From: Squalus acanthias
Taxonomy: Eukaryota
Direction: 5' to 3'
NCBI GenBank assembly: GCA_030390025.1
Contig: CM059443.1
Span: 48,670,001 to 48,734,000, forward strand
Length of the DNA: 64,000 nt
This document shows, piece after piece, positions 10,001 to 22,300 of the stretch. A program made the translations under genes and the position numbers. The notes beneath the pieces are model-generated. The model saw nothing but the letters and a program-made list of their open reading frames with translations, ran no database searches and was not told where the DNA came from. Position 1 is the first letter of the stretch, and each line of letters starts with the position of its first letter.

Positions 10001-13000
10001 CAAGGCGGGTAAATGGAGTTAGGTCACAGATCAGCAATGATCAAATTGAATGGCGGAACAGGCTCGAGGGGCTGAATGGCCTCCTTCTGTTCCTATGTCG
10101 CTATGGTCACAGTAAATGTGATAAGATCAGAACAATGAATTTAAAAATCATTGTAATAAGTCTGTACTTAAATATAATTTTCCGGATTTAGATCAAACAT
10201 TTTAAAGCTCTTGCTTACCCTTGGCAGCTTGCCGTTTCCTTCGGATTATGCAAAGTGCCCCATCAATGCAAACTAGCACAACCAAGTACAGAACCAAAAC
10301 ACACATACGTATGTCACTGCAGCTGGTGTAAGGACCTGCAGAGGAGAAGCAACATTAAGTTCAGTCTGTGCAATCCCGTGTTATATGTACAGCTGATCAC
10401 ACTGGTTACCTGGGCTGAGGAACAGACATTTCTGGTTAGAATCTGGAATAGTCCAATGGCGAAGGAAGTAAATCAAAGCAACTTATAACGGCTACAAACT
10501 GTACAACTGATCTGGAATCTCTCAGTTTGAATTATTGATATTAAAAGATTCACATCATATTCTAGATTGTATCACTTACTTTGAGTATTTGTACGAGTTA
10601 TGCTGCTGGTCACTGAGGAGATTCCAGATGTTGAGGTGGGGGTGTCTGAAGTCTCTGCACTCGCCTCTGTCACAGTAAGGGAGATGTTTGCTGCAATCTT
10701 CCAGACAGGTTTCCCTGAATCCTGACCGTGGACAGCACAGAGATACCTCCCAGTGTCCACCACATCCGCTGAGTGAATAGTAAGGTTGTGAGACTGGCGT
10801 CTAGCAGTAGGATTGTCTGAGCTTTGGGCAGAGATTCTTTGTGACGACTTTCTGTCCACACAGCAGCGTGTGTTAATTTTTGCCTCATAACCCTCAATGT
10901 GAACAGAGTGCAGACACTTGTTGACGTTTCCAGATCTGATCCAAAACAGAGTGAAAGCGAGGTATTTTGTATTCTCAAACTGGCAGGGTAAAGCCACATT
11001 TGCTCCCTTTGACACTGTCAGCGACCAGGAGTTTTCTTCAGTAGAAAATATTTCATCTGAATCTATAAACAACATTGAAAAGAACCTTTGTTACTAATTA
11101 TTTAGAAGTGCTGTTCCCACATGTTATCCAGCTGTTTGATGTAAGTGTGAGTCTGACTGTAACTAGCTGTATTATCAGCAGTGGAGACAGCAGGCGTGGG
11201 CCAGGGCCAAATCCTTGTTTGGAATATTTGTCTGATTTTCCCACCGTTAGATTAAACATTCCCCAGCTAGAGGCAGATTGTGTAAGAGCAGGAAACACTC
11301 GGGGACTGAGAGCAAGGAGCGATAAGACAGGACAAATAATGAAAGATCGAACACACAAAGGCAAAAGACAGGGGCAGACACTAAAGGACAGAGACAAGGG
11401 GGGGAGACTTCAAACTCGCTTCTCTGTATCTCGATACCTGGGAATTTTATCCACCCCACCCCCCCCCGCCCCGCCCAGATATTTCCCCAATACCTCCCCT
11501 GATACCTCCCCCGATATTGCCCCAGTACACGTACCACTCTGGATTATCACAAAGAACAAGTCGTGGTTTTCACATCCCTCTCCTGACAGTGTGAGCCAGG
11601 ACGGACACTTCGATGATCCTCCTTCTGTGGAATCCTGAGCCGAGCAGGTAAATACCATCGAGTTAAACGTCTTCACATCGAATGTCAGAGACTGAGACTC
11701 CGTTTGTTCTTCATTTAATTTGCATTTTCTACACTCTGGCTTACTCTGCCTGTTTGTCCAATTAGGACTGATATTTTCACAAAATTGCATTTCCTTCTCT
11801 TTATTCTCACATGTATTGTCAATTTCTGCTCCGAGATCAGTGAAGCTGCACAAGGTGACTTCATCCCCAGCACCAGTGGTCACGTTGCACTGCAGAGTGG
11901 TGACATCTCCTGGTCCTCGGGAGAAGAGATAAGTGGATCCTGCAGGGAAAGGGCAGAATCGGATAAAGATAAATAACATTCCACACGGGAAATATCATTA
12001 CACACTCAATGTGACACAAGCCTCTCACAGTAAATGAGCCTAGTTAGACCCCCACCACCCCCTTTACACATTGTGATAGACTGCCCTCCCATTACACAGT
12101 CTGAATCCAGTCCACACCACCCCCTCTCCCTGCCTCCATCACACAGGCCTGGACAGAGATCCCACCCCCACCATAACACATTCTGATCGAGACCTCACCC
12201 CATCCCCATCATAGCCTGAATAGAGACCCCCCACCCTTTCACTGAGCCTGACTACAGTCATACATAGTACATAGGTTGAGGTTATTGGAAGTCAATCATC
12301 TCAGCTCCAGAACATCGCTGCAGGAGTTCCTCAGGGCAGTGTCCAAAGCCCAACCATCTTCAGCTTCTTCATCAATGACCTTCCCTCCATCATGAGGTGA
12401 CACGTGGGACTGTTCACTGATGATTGCACAGTGTTCTGCTCCATTTCCAATTCCTCAGATAATGAAGCAGTCCGTGCCTGCATGCAGCAAGACCTGGACA
12501 ACATCCAGGCTTGGGCTGATAAGTGATAAGTAACAGTCACACCACATAATGACCATCTCCAACAAGAGAGAGCCTAACCACCTGCCCTTGACATTTGATG
12601 GCATTACCATCATCGACTCTCCCACCATTAACATCCCGGGGTCACCATTGACCAGAGACTTAGCTGCAGCAACCACATAAATACTGTGGATACTAGGGCA
12701 GGTCAGAGGCTGGGTACTCTGCGGCAACTGGCTCACCGGCTCCCCAAAACCTTTCCACCACCTATAAGGCACATGTCAGGAGAGTGATGAAATACTCTCC
12801 ACTTACGTGGATGAGTGCAGCTCCAAAAACACTCAGGAAACTCAACACCATCCAGGACAAAGCAGTCCACTTGATCGGCTCCCTATCCGTCCCCTTAAAC
12901 ATTCACTCCCTCCACCACTGGCACACCATGGCTGCAGTGTATACCATCTACATGATAGTACCTCGCCAAGGCTTCTACGGCAGTATCTCCCAAACCCCCG

Positions 13001-14852
13001 ACCTTCACCACCTATAAGGACAAGCGCAGCAGGTGCTTGGGAACACCATCACCTCCAAGTTTCCTTAAAAGTCGCACAACATTCTGACTTGGAAATATAT
13101 TGCTGTTCCTTCATTGTCGCTGGGTCAAAATCCTAGAATTGCCTACCTAACAGCATTGTGGAGAACCTTCACCATTTGGAGTGCAGAAGAAAGGTCAAAC
13201 CCAACTGACCTTCTCAATGGCAACTAGGGATTGGGCAATAAATGCCGGAATTGCCAGTGACACCCACATCCCGAAGAAAGATAAAATAAATATGAAGTAA
13301 TCATCCACTTAATGAGGGAACTTAATTTAAGACGTGGCATTGAATACTGGTTCCTAACTTTCAGGGAGATTATAATAACTGATAATAGGTGTGAGGACAT
13401 TAGTTAGTCCTGTAAAAGGAAAACATATGGGTAAATATTATCTTTTTAGTTGGGGTTTCTGTAGAAGGAGGGAATTAGCTGAAGTTGAATGGTGCAGACC
13501 AGAGAGATATTTATAATTAAAAGTATCACTTGATGGAGAGCAATTATATGTAACAAGAGCCGAATTATTTATAAGGTAATGAAGTAGAGTTATACCAATC
13601 TCGTTAGCCGAATGGAAAAAGAACTCGTTAGTTAGGAAACCAGCTGTTAGCTAAAGTTATCGATAAGGACTCAGTTCAATTAGACTCTCCTTATATGGAG
13701 TTGTTTTTCAATGCAGAAATGTGCAAATTGTCACATATTCGGAGTGAGGGGTAAGTACAAAAAGTGGCAGAGTGTAATCAGTATTTGGATTCGAAGGGGT
13801 TTGATTGGCCTAAAACACTGAACATTAACGCGTTTGAGTCGCCAGCCATCAGCTCTTGTAAGTTCTTGTGGCTCTTTGCTAGAATCAACTCACGGCCTCG
13901 CTCTCCCCACAGTGCTCCTGTATCTTTCACAGCTTCAAATGTTTATCCAATTCTCACTTAAAAGATAGAATCATAGAATCATAGAAAGTTACAGCACGGA
14001 AGCAGGCCATTTCGGCCCATCGTGTCTGCGCCGGCCAACAAAGAGCTATCCAGCCTAATCCCACTTCCCAGCTCTTGGTCCGTAGCCCTGCAGGTTACAG
14101 CATCCCAAGTGCACATCCAAGTACTTTTTAAATGTGGTTAGGGTTTCTGCCTCTACCACCCTTTCAGGCAGTGAGTTCCAGACCCCCACAACCGTCTGGG
14201 TGAAGAAATTCCCATCAAATCCCCTCTAAACCTTCCACCAATTACTTCAAATCTGTGCCCCCTGGTTTTTGACCCCTCTGCTAAGGAAAATAGGTCCTTT
14301 TTGTCCACTTTATCTCGGCCCCTCATCATTTTATACACCTCAATAAGGTCTCCCCTCAGCCTCCTCTGTTCCAAGGAAAACAAACCCAGCCTATCCAGTC
14401 TTTCCTCATAGCTAAGATTCTCTACTCCCGGCAACATCCTTGCAAATCTCCTCTGTACCCTTTCTAGTGCAATTATATCTTTCCTGTAATGTGGTGACCA
14501 GAACTGCACGCAGTACTCTAGCTGAGGCCTAACTAGTGTTTTATACAGTTGATAAGATCCAAAGCTCTCTGCCTCAACCATTCGCTGTGGTAAAGCATTC
14601 TCTGCTCCAACAACATTTCTCCTAACCTCTCTCCTCACTGTCTTAGTGCCATTTTTAAACTGATGACCCATGATTAAACCGTGTTAAAATGCCACAGCAA
14701 GGACTGTGATGCGAGCACATTAAACATATTCACAAGAACACCACTGTTTTATATCCTTATCCTAAGCTGAAGATTAACTGAAAGTATTAATCCTTACCTG
14801 TAACATGTTGGAACAGAAGGAAAAGACCCACAAACACAGCACCGAGCGCCAT
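6263..14852 (-). CDS. IgSF paired-receptor-like gene, copy 1 (putative activating form; about 426 aa, 8 coding exons)
   Basis: Exons 14798-14852, 11535-11939, 10580-11062, 10410-10442, 10219-10335, 7023-7036, 6886-6919 and 6263-6402. All have GT-AG boundaries with compatible phases; total 1281 nt = 427 codons, no internal stop. Encodes signal peptide, two Ig-like domains, TM and basic stop-transfer RRKRQ. AATAAA at 5954-5959 (minus). Confidence 0.8.
7041..10105 (+). mobile_element. Old CR1 with nested younger CR1 (~8369-9816)
   Basis: The decayed RT is interrupted at ggcataac and resumes at ataaccttaaaattagag. The nested copy gives the uninterrupted 470-aa RT ORF and a ctatgtat tail. Confidence 0.9.
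10219..10442 (-). CDS. Copy 1 stalk micro-exon (10410-10442, NSNQKCLFLSP) and TM exon (10219-10335, GPYTSCSDIRMCVLVLYLVVLVCIDGALCIIRRKRQAAK)
   Basis: 33-nt and 117-nt phase 1-1 exons with ttccag/GTAACC and ctcctctgcag/GTAAGC sites; hydrophobic stretch followed by RRKR. Confidence 0.85.
10580..11062 (-). CDS. Copy 1 V-set Ig domain D2 plus Ser/Thr-rich stalk exon
   Basis: G-x-N-V-x-L-P-C, LFWIR, LTIHSADVVDTGRYLC (DxGxYxC V-set motif) and ISLTV. Acceptor gtttatag, donor CAAA|GTAAGT, 483 nt, phase 1-1. Confidence 0.9.
11535..11939 (-). CDS. Copy 1 Ig-like domain D1 exon (Cys-rich, divergent)
   Basis: Acceptor cccctttccctgcag-type tract, donor AGTG|GTACGT, 405 nt, phase 1-1. B-strand-like TLQC and F-strand-like FTC, 9 Cys, no canonical C-strand Trp. 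Confidence 0.8.
12270..13290 (+). mobile_element. Second-family LINE 3' fragment (duplicate at 34100-35120)
   Basis: Same family as 1550-2512. Confidence 0.85.
13965..14670 (-). mobile_element. CR1 3' fragments (duplicate at 35795-36510)
   Basis: atagaatc tail repeats; YKTLVRPQLEYCVQFW. Confidence 0.85.
14798..14852 (-). CDS. Copy 1 leader (signal peptide) exon MALGAVFVGLFLLFQHVT(G)
   Basis: ATG with an in-frame TAG 9 nt upstream, hydrophobic 18-mer and phase-1 donor CAG|GTAAGG. An acceptor ctctttatctcacag before 14918 implies an upstream 5' UTR exon. Confidence 0.85.
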
Positions 14853-15342
14853 TTCACATTCCTAGCTCGTTCTTTGCTCTTCAGAAGCTGGGTGGCTGTT
14901 TCACCATCACATTCTGATCTGTGAGATAAAGAGAGAAGTGTAACTTTTGATGATGGTGGAAGAGAAAAGCAGCTTCCTGTTTGATCAACTCAGATGATAT
15001 GTGTGCACTGACATTGTATTAATGGGCCTGGGGACAGAGTTTGGGCTGTTCGTTCAACCCTCCAACCACAGAAGTGTCTGGAGAGGTGAGAGGCTCTGAA
15101 ATACAAAGTGTACACTATGAGTGTGCCACTGTGCACCACAGTGATAGTGGGTAACACACTCGGCAGACATGTTAACAGCCCCCTGTTACGATGTAGATAA
15201 TAACCATCTGGAGCACAAGAGCTTTTAGTCAACAGTAACATTGGGTCACTCCCACTCTCGGAGAGGATTAACATGGGGGACAGTTTGGATGTTGGGTTAC
15301 AAGATCACAACATCAATACAGATGAGAGCGTTAGCTCCTCCC

Positions 15343-18050
15343 CTATCATGCTATAGAATGGTTACAGCACAGAAGGAGGCAATTCGGCCTGTCGAGCCCG
15401 TGCCGGGTCTCTGCAAGAGCACTTCAGCTCGTCCCACTCCCCCGCCGTTTCCCCGTGGCCCTGCATTTGTTTTCCTTCAGGTACTTATCCAATTCCCTTT
15501 TGAAAGCCACAATTGAGTCTACCTCCACCATCCTTTCAGGCAGTGCATTCCAGATCCTAACCACTGCCTGCGTAAAAAAGTTTTTCCTTATGTCGCGTTT
15601 GGTTCTTCTGCCAATCACCTTAAATCTGTGTCCTCTGGTTCTCGACCCTTCCACCAATGGGAACAGTTTCTCTCTATCTACTCTGTCCAGACCCCTCATG
15701 ATTTTGAATACCTCTATCAAATCTCCTCTCAACCTTCTCTGTTCTAAGGAGAACAATCCCAGCTTCTCCAGTCTATCCACGTAACTGAAGCCGCTCATCC
15801 TGGAACCATTCTCATTAATCTTTTCTGCACCCTCTCTAAGGCCGACACATCCTTCCTAAAGTGCGGTTCCCAGAATTGGACACAATACTCCAGTTGAGGC
15901 CGAACCAATGTTTTATACAGGTTCATCATAACTTCCTTGCTTTTGTACTCTATACCTCTATTTATAAAGCCTGTAAGCTTTTTTAACCACTTTCTCAACC
16001 TGCCCTGCCATCTTCAACGATTTGTGCACATATACCCCCAGGTCTCTCTGTTCATGCACGCCCTTTAGGATTGTACCCTATACTTTATGTTGCCTCTCCT
16101 CGTTCTTCCTACCAAAATATATCACTTCGCACTTTTCTGCGTTAAATTTCAAATGCCACGTGTCCACCTATTTCACCAGCCTATCTATGTATTTTTGAAG
16201 TCGTAGCCCTATCCTCCTCACTGTTCGCTATACTTCCAAGTTTTGTGCAAATTTGAAATTGTGCCGTGTACACCCATGTCCAAGTCATTAATATATATCA
16301 AGAAAAGCAGAGGTGCTAGTACTGACCCCTGGGGAACACCACTGTATATCTTCCTCTCATCCGAAAAACAACCGTTCACCACTACTCTCTGTTTCCTGTC
16401 ACTTAGCCAATTTTGTATCCATGCTGCCACTGTCCCTTTTATTCCATGAGCTTCAACTTTGCTGGCAAGCCTACAATGTGGCACTTTATCAAACTCCTTT
16501 TGGACGTCTATGTTCACCACGTCAACCGCATTGCCCTCATCAACCCTTTCTGTTACCTCATCAAAAAACTCGATTAAGTTAGTTAAACATGATTTGCCTT
16601 TAAGAAATCCATGCTGCCTTTCCTTAATTACTCCACACTTGTCCAAGTGACTGTTCATTTTGTCCCTGATTATCGTTTCTAAAAGCTTCCCCACTACTGA
16701 GGTTAAACTGACTGGCCTGTAGTTGCTGGGTTTATCCTTACACCCTTTTTTGAACAAGGGTGTAACATTTGTAATTCTCCAGTCCTCTGGCACCACTCCT
16801 GTATCGAAGGAGGTTTGGAAGATTATGGCCAGTACCTCCGCAATTTCCACCTTAATTTCCCTCAGCATCCTAGGATGCATCCCATCCGGTCCTGGTGACT
16901 TATCTACTTTATATACAGCCAACCTTTCTAGTACCTCCTCTTTATCAATTTTTATCCCATCCAGTATCTCCACTACCTCCTCTTTCACTATGACTTAGGC
17001 AGCATCTTCTTCCTTGGTGAAGACAGATGCAAAGTACTCGATCAGTACCTCAGCCCTTTTATGAGCCAGGTCTCCAGTATCGCCATGACATCATATTCCC
17101 ATGTGGCTATTTGCTCCTGCAGCTCCCCAACCTTATTCACCAGGCTTCGTGCATTTACACACATGCACTGTAAACCTCTCTTAGACCTTCTTATATTCTC
17201 TCTTAGTCTGACACCACCTAATACCTTACTATTTCTTATCTAGTGCTACCTGTCTCTTTGTGCACTTTGTTTCTCCATTCGAATGGAACATCCTGGTTCC
17301 CAGCCCCCTGAAAAATTAGTTCAAACCCTCCCCAACAGCACTAGCAACCTCTCCGCCCCACCCCGCGAGGATATTGGTCTCGGCTCTTTTGAGGTGCAAC
17401 CCGTCTGGCCTGTACAGGTCCCACCTCCCCCAGAACCAGTCTCAATGTCCCATGAATCTAAAGCCCTCCCTCCCACACCATTTCTCCAGCCACGCATTCA
17501 TCTGCTCTATTCTCCTATTTCTATACTTAGTAGGTCATGGCACCGGGAGTAAGCCGGAGATTACTACCTTTGAGGTCATGCTTTTTAATCTCTTTCCTAG
17601 CTCCCTAAAATCTGCCTGCAAGGCCTCATCCCTCTTTCTACCTATGTCGTTGATACCGATATGCACCACGACCTCTGGCTGCTCCCCCTCCCCCCTCAGA
17701 ATGTTCTGCAGCCACTCAGTGACACCCTTGACCCTGGCACCAGGGAGGCAACATACCATCCTGGAACCACATCTGCAGGCGCAGAAACGCCAAGCCGTTC
17801 CGCCAACTATCGAATCCCCTACCACTATTGCCTCTGTACAGCTGAGCCACCCGTGGTGCTGTGGACTTGACTCTGGCTGTACTCCCCAGAGGAACTACTG
17901 CCCTCACCAGTATACCAGTTAGAGAGTGAGATGCACTCAGGGGACTCCTGCACTACCTGCCTGGTCCTCCTTGTCTGTCTGACGGTCACCCATTCCCTCT
18001 CTGCCAGCACACTCCTACGCTGCGGCATGACCACCTCCTGAAACGTGCTA
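15343..18050 (-). mobile_element. Internally deleted CR1 with ORF1 esterase and RT (duplicate at 37190-39895)
   Basis: GDSIV...HIGINDI SGNH-type ORF1; RT ORF 16218-16988. Confidence 0.9.
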
Positions 18051-18339
18051 TCTTTCCAGGTCTGCGCTGTCCTCAGGCTCCGCTCTGTTTAAGTACTGTC
18101 GCCGGTCCTGCCGCTTATTTCCAGGATCTAACTGGGTCTTGAATAAATCGAAGGTCTCCCTCTCCACTTCCTTACCAGCAACAACAGTCCAAGTGGTGGT
18201 CAGTCTTTGTGTGAAGACATTCTTCACAACATCTGTGTTCAAATTGATTTTCACCAGTTTTAGCTCAAACACATTGTTCTGGTATCTTGACTTACTGTCA
18301 AGTAGAGTCTGGATTGCTGGATCCACAGGGTTCCATATT

Positions 18340-19300
18340 TTTTTTAACTCATTTTGCAGTATGTGGGCATCAAGGGCAATTGCGGAATTTATTGCCCATC
18401 CCTAGTTGCCCTTGAGATGGTGATAGGCCCTCTCCTTGAACGGCTGCTGTCAGTGTCGTGAGGTTGCTCCCACAGTGTTGTTAGTTCAGGAGTTCCAAGA
18501 TTTTGACCCAGCGACAATGAAGGAACTGCCGATTTATGTCCAAGTCAGGATGGTGTGTGACTTGGAGGGGAACTTGGAGGTGTTGGTGTGTCATGCACCT
18601 GCTGCCCTTGTCCTTCTTAAGTGGGGGAGGTTGCGGGTTTGGGAGGTGCTGTCGAAGAAGCCTTGGTGAGTTGCTGCAGTGCAACTTGTAGATGGTGCAC
18701 ACTGTAGCCACGTTGTGCCGATGGTGGGGGGACTGAATGTTTAAGGTGGTGGATGGGATGCCAATTAAGCAGGTTGCTTTGTCTTGGATGGTGTCGAGCT
18801 TCTTGAGTGTTGTTGCAGCTGCACTCATCCAGGCAAGTGGAGAGTATTCCATCACACTCCTGACTTGTACCTTGTAGGTGGTGGAGAGACTTTGGGGAGT
18901 CAGGAAGTGAAACACTCGCCGCAGAATATGACCTGCTCTAGTAGCCAGGGATTATATGTGGCTGTTCCAGCTATGCTTCTGGTGAATTGTGACCCCCCAG
19001 GATGTTGATGGTGGGGTATTCAGGGATGTTAATGCCATTGAATGTCAAGAGGAGGTTGTTACGCTCTCTTTGTTGGAGATGGTCATTGTCTGGCACATAG
19101 GTGGTGCAAATGTTAATTGCCAGTTATCAGCCCAGGCCTGGATGTTGTCCAGATCTTGCTGCATGCGGACATTGACTGGTTCATTATCTGAGGAATTATG
19201 AAAGGAGTTGAACACTGAAAACATCAGCAAACATCCCCACTTCTGACATGATGATGGATGGAAGGTCAATGATGAAGCAGCTGAAGATCGTTGGGCCTAG
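18340..19300 (-). mobile_element. Second-family LINE 3' fragment (duplicate at 40185-41150)
   Basis: YKVQVRSVMEYSPLAW; QQDLDNIQAW. Confidence 0.85.
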
Positions 19301-19325
19301 GAGTACCTGAATCGATGACCCCAGG

Positions 19326-22300
19326 GACATAGAAACATAGAAGATAGGAGCAGGAGTAGGCCATTCAGCCCCTCTAGCCTGCTCCACCATTCAATGCGAT
19401 CATGGCTGATCATCCAAATTCAGAACCCTGTCCCTGCTTTCTCCCCATATCCCTTGATCCCTTTAGCCTTAAGAAATATATCCAACTCCTTCTTGAATCT
19501 ATTTAATGAATTGGCCTCTACTGCCTTCTGTGGCAGAGAATTCTATAGTGTCACCACTCTCTGGGTGAAGAAATTCCTCCTCATTTCTGTCCTAAATGGC
19601 TTATCCCTTATCCTTAGACTGTGACCCCTGGTTCTGGACTCCCCAACCATCGGGAACATCCTTCCTGCATCAAGTCTGTCCAGTCCTTTCAGAATTTTAT
19701 AAGTTTCAATGAGATGCCCTCTCATTCTTCTAAATTCTAGCGAGTATAAGCCCAATCGACCCAATCTCTCCTCATACGTCATTCCTGCCATCCTAGGTAT
19801 CAGCTTGGTGAATCTTCGCTGAACTCCTTCCATGGCAAGAAGATCCTTCCTCAGATAAGGCGACCAAAACTGCACACAATACTCAAGATGTGATCTCACC
19901 AAGGCCCTGTACAACTGCAGCAAGACATCCTTGTTCCTGTACTCAAACCCTCTCGCTACGAAGGCCAACATACCATTTGCCTTCTTAACCTCCTGCTGCA
20001 CCTGCATGCTTACCTTCAGCGACTGGTGCACAAGGACACCCAGGTCTCGATGCACTTCCCGTTCTCCCAATCTATTGCCATTCAGATAATAATCTGCCTT
20101 CCTGTTTTTGACACCAAAGTGCATAGCCTCACATTTAGCCACGTTATATTGCATCTGCCATGCTTCTGCCCAATCACCCAACCTGTCCAAATCATACTGG
20201 AGTTTCTCGGCATCCTCTTCACAGCACACACGCCCACCCAGCTTTGTGTCGTCTGCAAACTTGGAGATATTACATCTAGTTCCCTTGTCTAGATCATTAA
20301 TATATATTGTGAATAGCTGGGGTCCAAGGACCGATCCCTGCGGTACCCCACTAGTCACTGCCTGCCACTCGGAAAAAGACCCGTTTATTCCAACTCTTTG
20401 CTTTCTGTCTGCCAACCAGTTCTCTATCCAAGTCAATACCTTGCCCCCAATCCCATGTGCCTTAACTTTACACGCTAATCTCCTATGCGGGACCTTATCG
20501 AAAGCCTTTTGAAAGTCCAAATACACCACATCCACTGGTTCTCCCTTATCTATTTTACCAGTTACATCCTCAAAAAATTCTAGCAGATTAGTCAAGCACA
20601 ATTTACCTTTTGTAAATCCATGTTGACTTTGTCATTGTTTTTTAAGTGCTCTGCTATTACATCCTTTATAATGGACTCTAGCATTTTCCCCACTACCGAT
20701 GTCAGGCTTACCGGTCTGTAATTCCCCGTTTTCTCTCTACCAAATTTTTTGAATAGTCGGGTAACATTAGCTACCCTCCAATCCATGGGTATTGTTCCAG
20801 ATTCCATCGAATGTTGGAAGATGATCAGCAATGCATCTACTATTTCTAGGGCCACTTCCTTAACTACCCTAGGATGTAGATTATCAGGCCCTGGGGATTT
20901 ATCGGCCTTCAATCCCACCAATTTCCCTAACACCATTTTCCTACAAATACTGATTTCTTTCAGTTCCTCCCTTTCATCAGACCCTATGTTCCCCAACATC
21001 TCTGGGAGGTTTTTTGTGTCCTCCTTTGTGAAGACAGAACCAAAATATGTATTTAATTGGTCAAACATTTCTTTGTTCCCCATTATAAGTTCCCCTGATT
21101 CTGACTGCAAGGGACCTACGCTTGACTTCACCAATCTTTTGCTCTTCACATATCTATAAAAGCTTTTACAGTCAGTTTTTATGTTCCCTGCAAGCTTACT
21201 CTCATATTCTAGGATCCCCACCTTAATTAATCCCTTTGTCCTCCTTTGTTGAATCCTAAACTGCTCACAATCCTCAGGTTTACTGCTTTCTCTGGCCAAT
21301 TTATATGTCCTCTCCTTGGATCTTATGCTATCCCTAATTTCCCTTGTTAGCCACGGTTGAGTCACCTTTTTTGTTTTATTCTTATGCCAAACTGGGAGGA
21401 ACAAATTCTGTAGTTCGTCCATGCGGTCTTTGTATGTTTGCCATTGCCTATCCACCGTCAACCCTTTGAGTGTCATTCCCCAATCAATCCTACCCAACTC
21501 GCGCCTCATACCATCGTAGTTTCCTTTATTTAAATTCAGGACCCGAGTCTCTGAGTCAACTACTTCACTCTCCATCTTAATGAAGAATTCTATCATATTA
21601 TGATCGCTCCGACCCAAGGGGCCTCGTACAACAAGATTGCTAATTAATCCTTTCTCATTACTTAATACCCAGTCTAAGATGGCCTGCTCTCTGGTTGGTT
21701 CCTCAACATATTGGTCCAGGAAACCATCCCGTAAACACGCTAAATACCACTCCCACTAACGTTTTCTGCCCCTTGGTATTTCTCAGTTCTACCCATACAG
21801 ATTCCACATCATCAGAGCTAATATCCTTCCTTACAATTGTGTTAATCCCCTCTTTAACCAGCAGTGCTACATCACCTCCCTTTCCTTTTTGCCTATCTTT
21901 CCTGAATATTGAATACCCCTGGATGTTGAGTTACCAGCCTTGGCCACCCTGGAGCCATGTTTCCATAATCCCAATCAAATCATATTTGTTTTCCTGTATT
22001 TGCGCAGCTAATTCATCCACCTTATTCCGAATGCTCCTCGCATTAAGACACAAAGCCTTCAGGCTTGTTTTTTTAACGCTCTTAGACCTATTAGAATTAT
22101 TATTTACTGTGGCCATGTTTGATTTAAACCGTTGATTTCTCTGACTGCCACTTTTGTTTTTCTCCTTCCTATCTTTTGCTTTTATCCTTGTTTCCCTTTC
22201 CTCTGTCTCCCTGCTCAGGTTCCCAACCCCCTGCCATTTTAGTTTAAACCCTCCCCCAGAGCACTAGCAAACACTCCCCCTAGGACATCGGTCCCAGCCC

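Noticed and set aside
10572-11075. V domain as a rearranging Ig/TCR/IgNAR V segment
   Set aside because: The G strand and stalk are in the same exon, there is no heptamer-nonamer after YLC, no FGxG and no C1 exons.
11098-11397. ORF in the D1-D2 intron containing GFGPGPRLL, resembling an Ig/TCR J motif (also 32944-33243)
   Set aside because: Pro replaces the conserved Thr, I see no RSS or phase-1 donor next to it, and it is absent from copy 3; likely chance.
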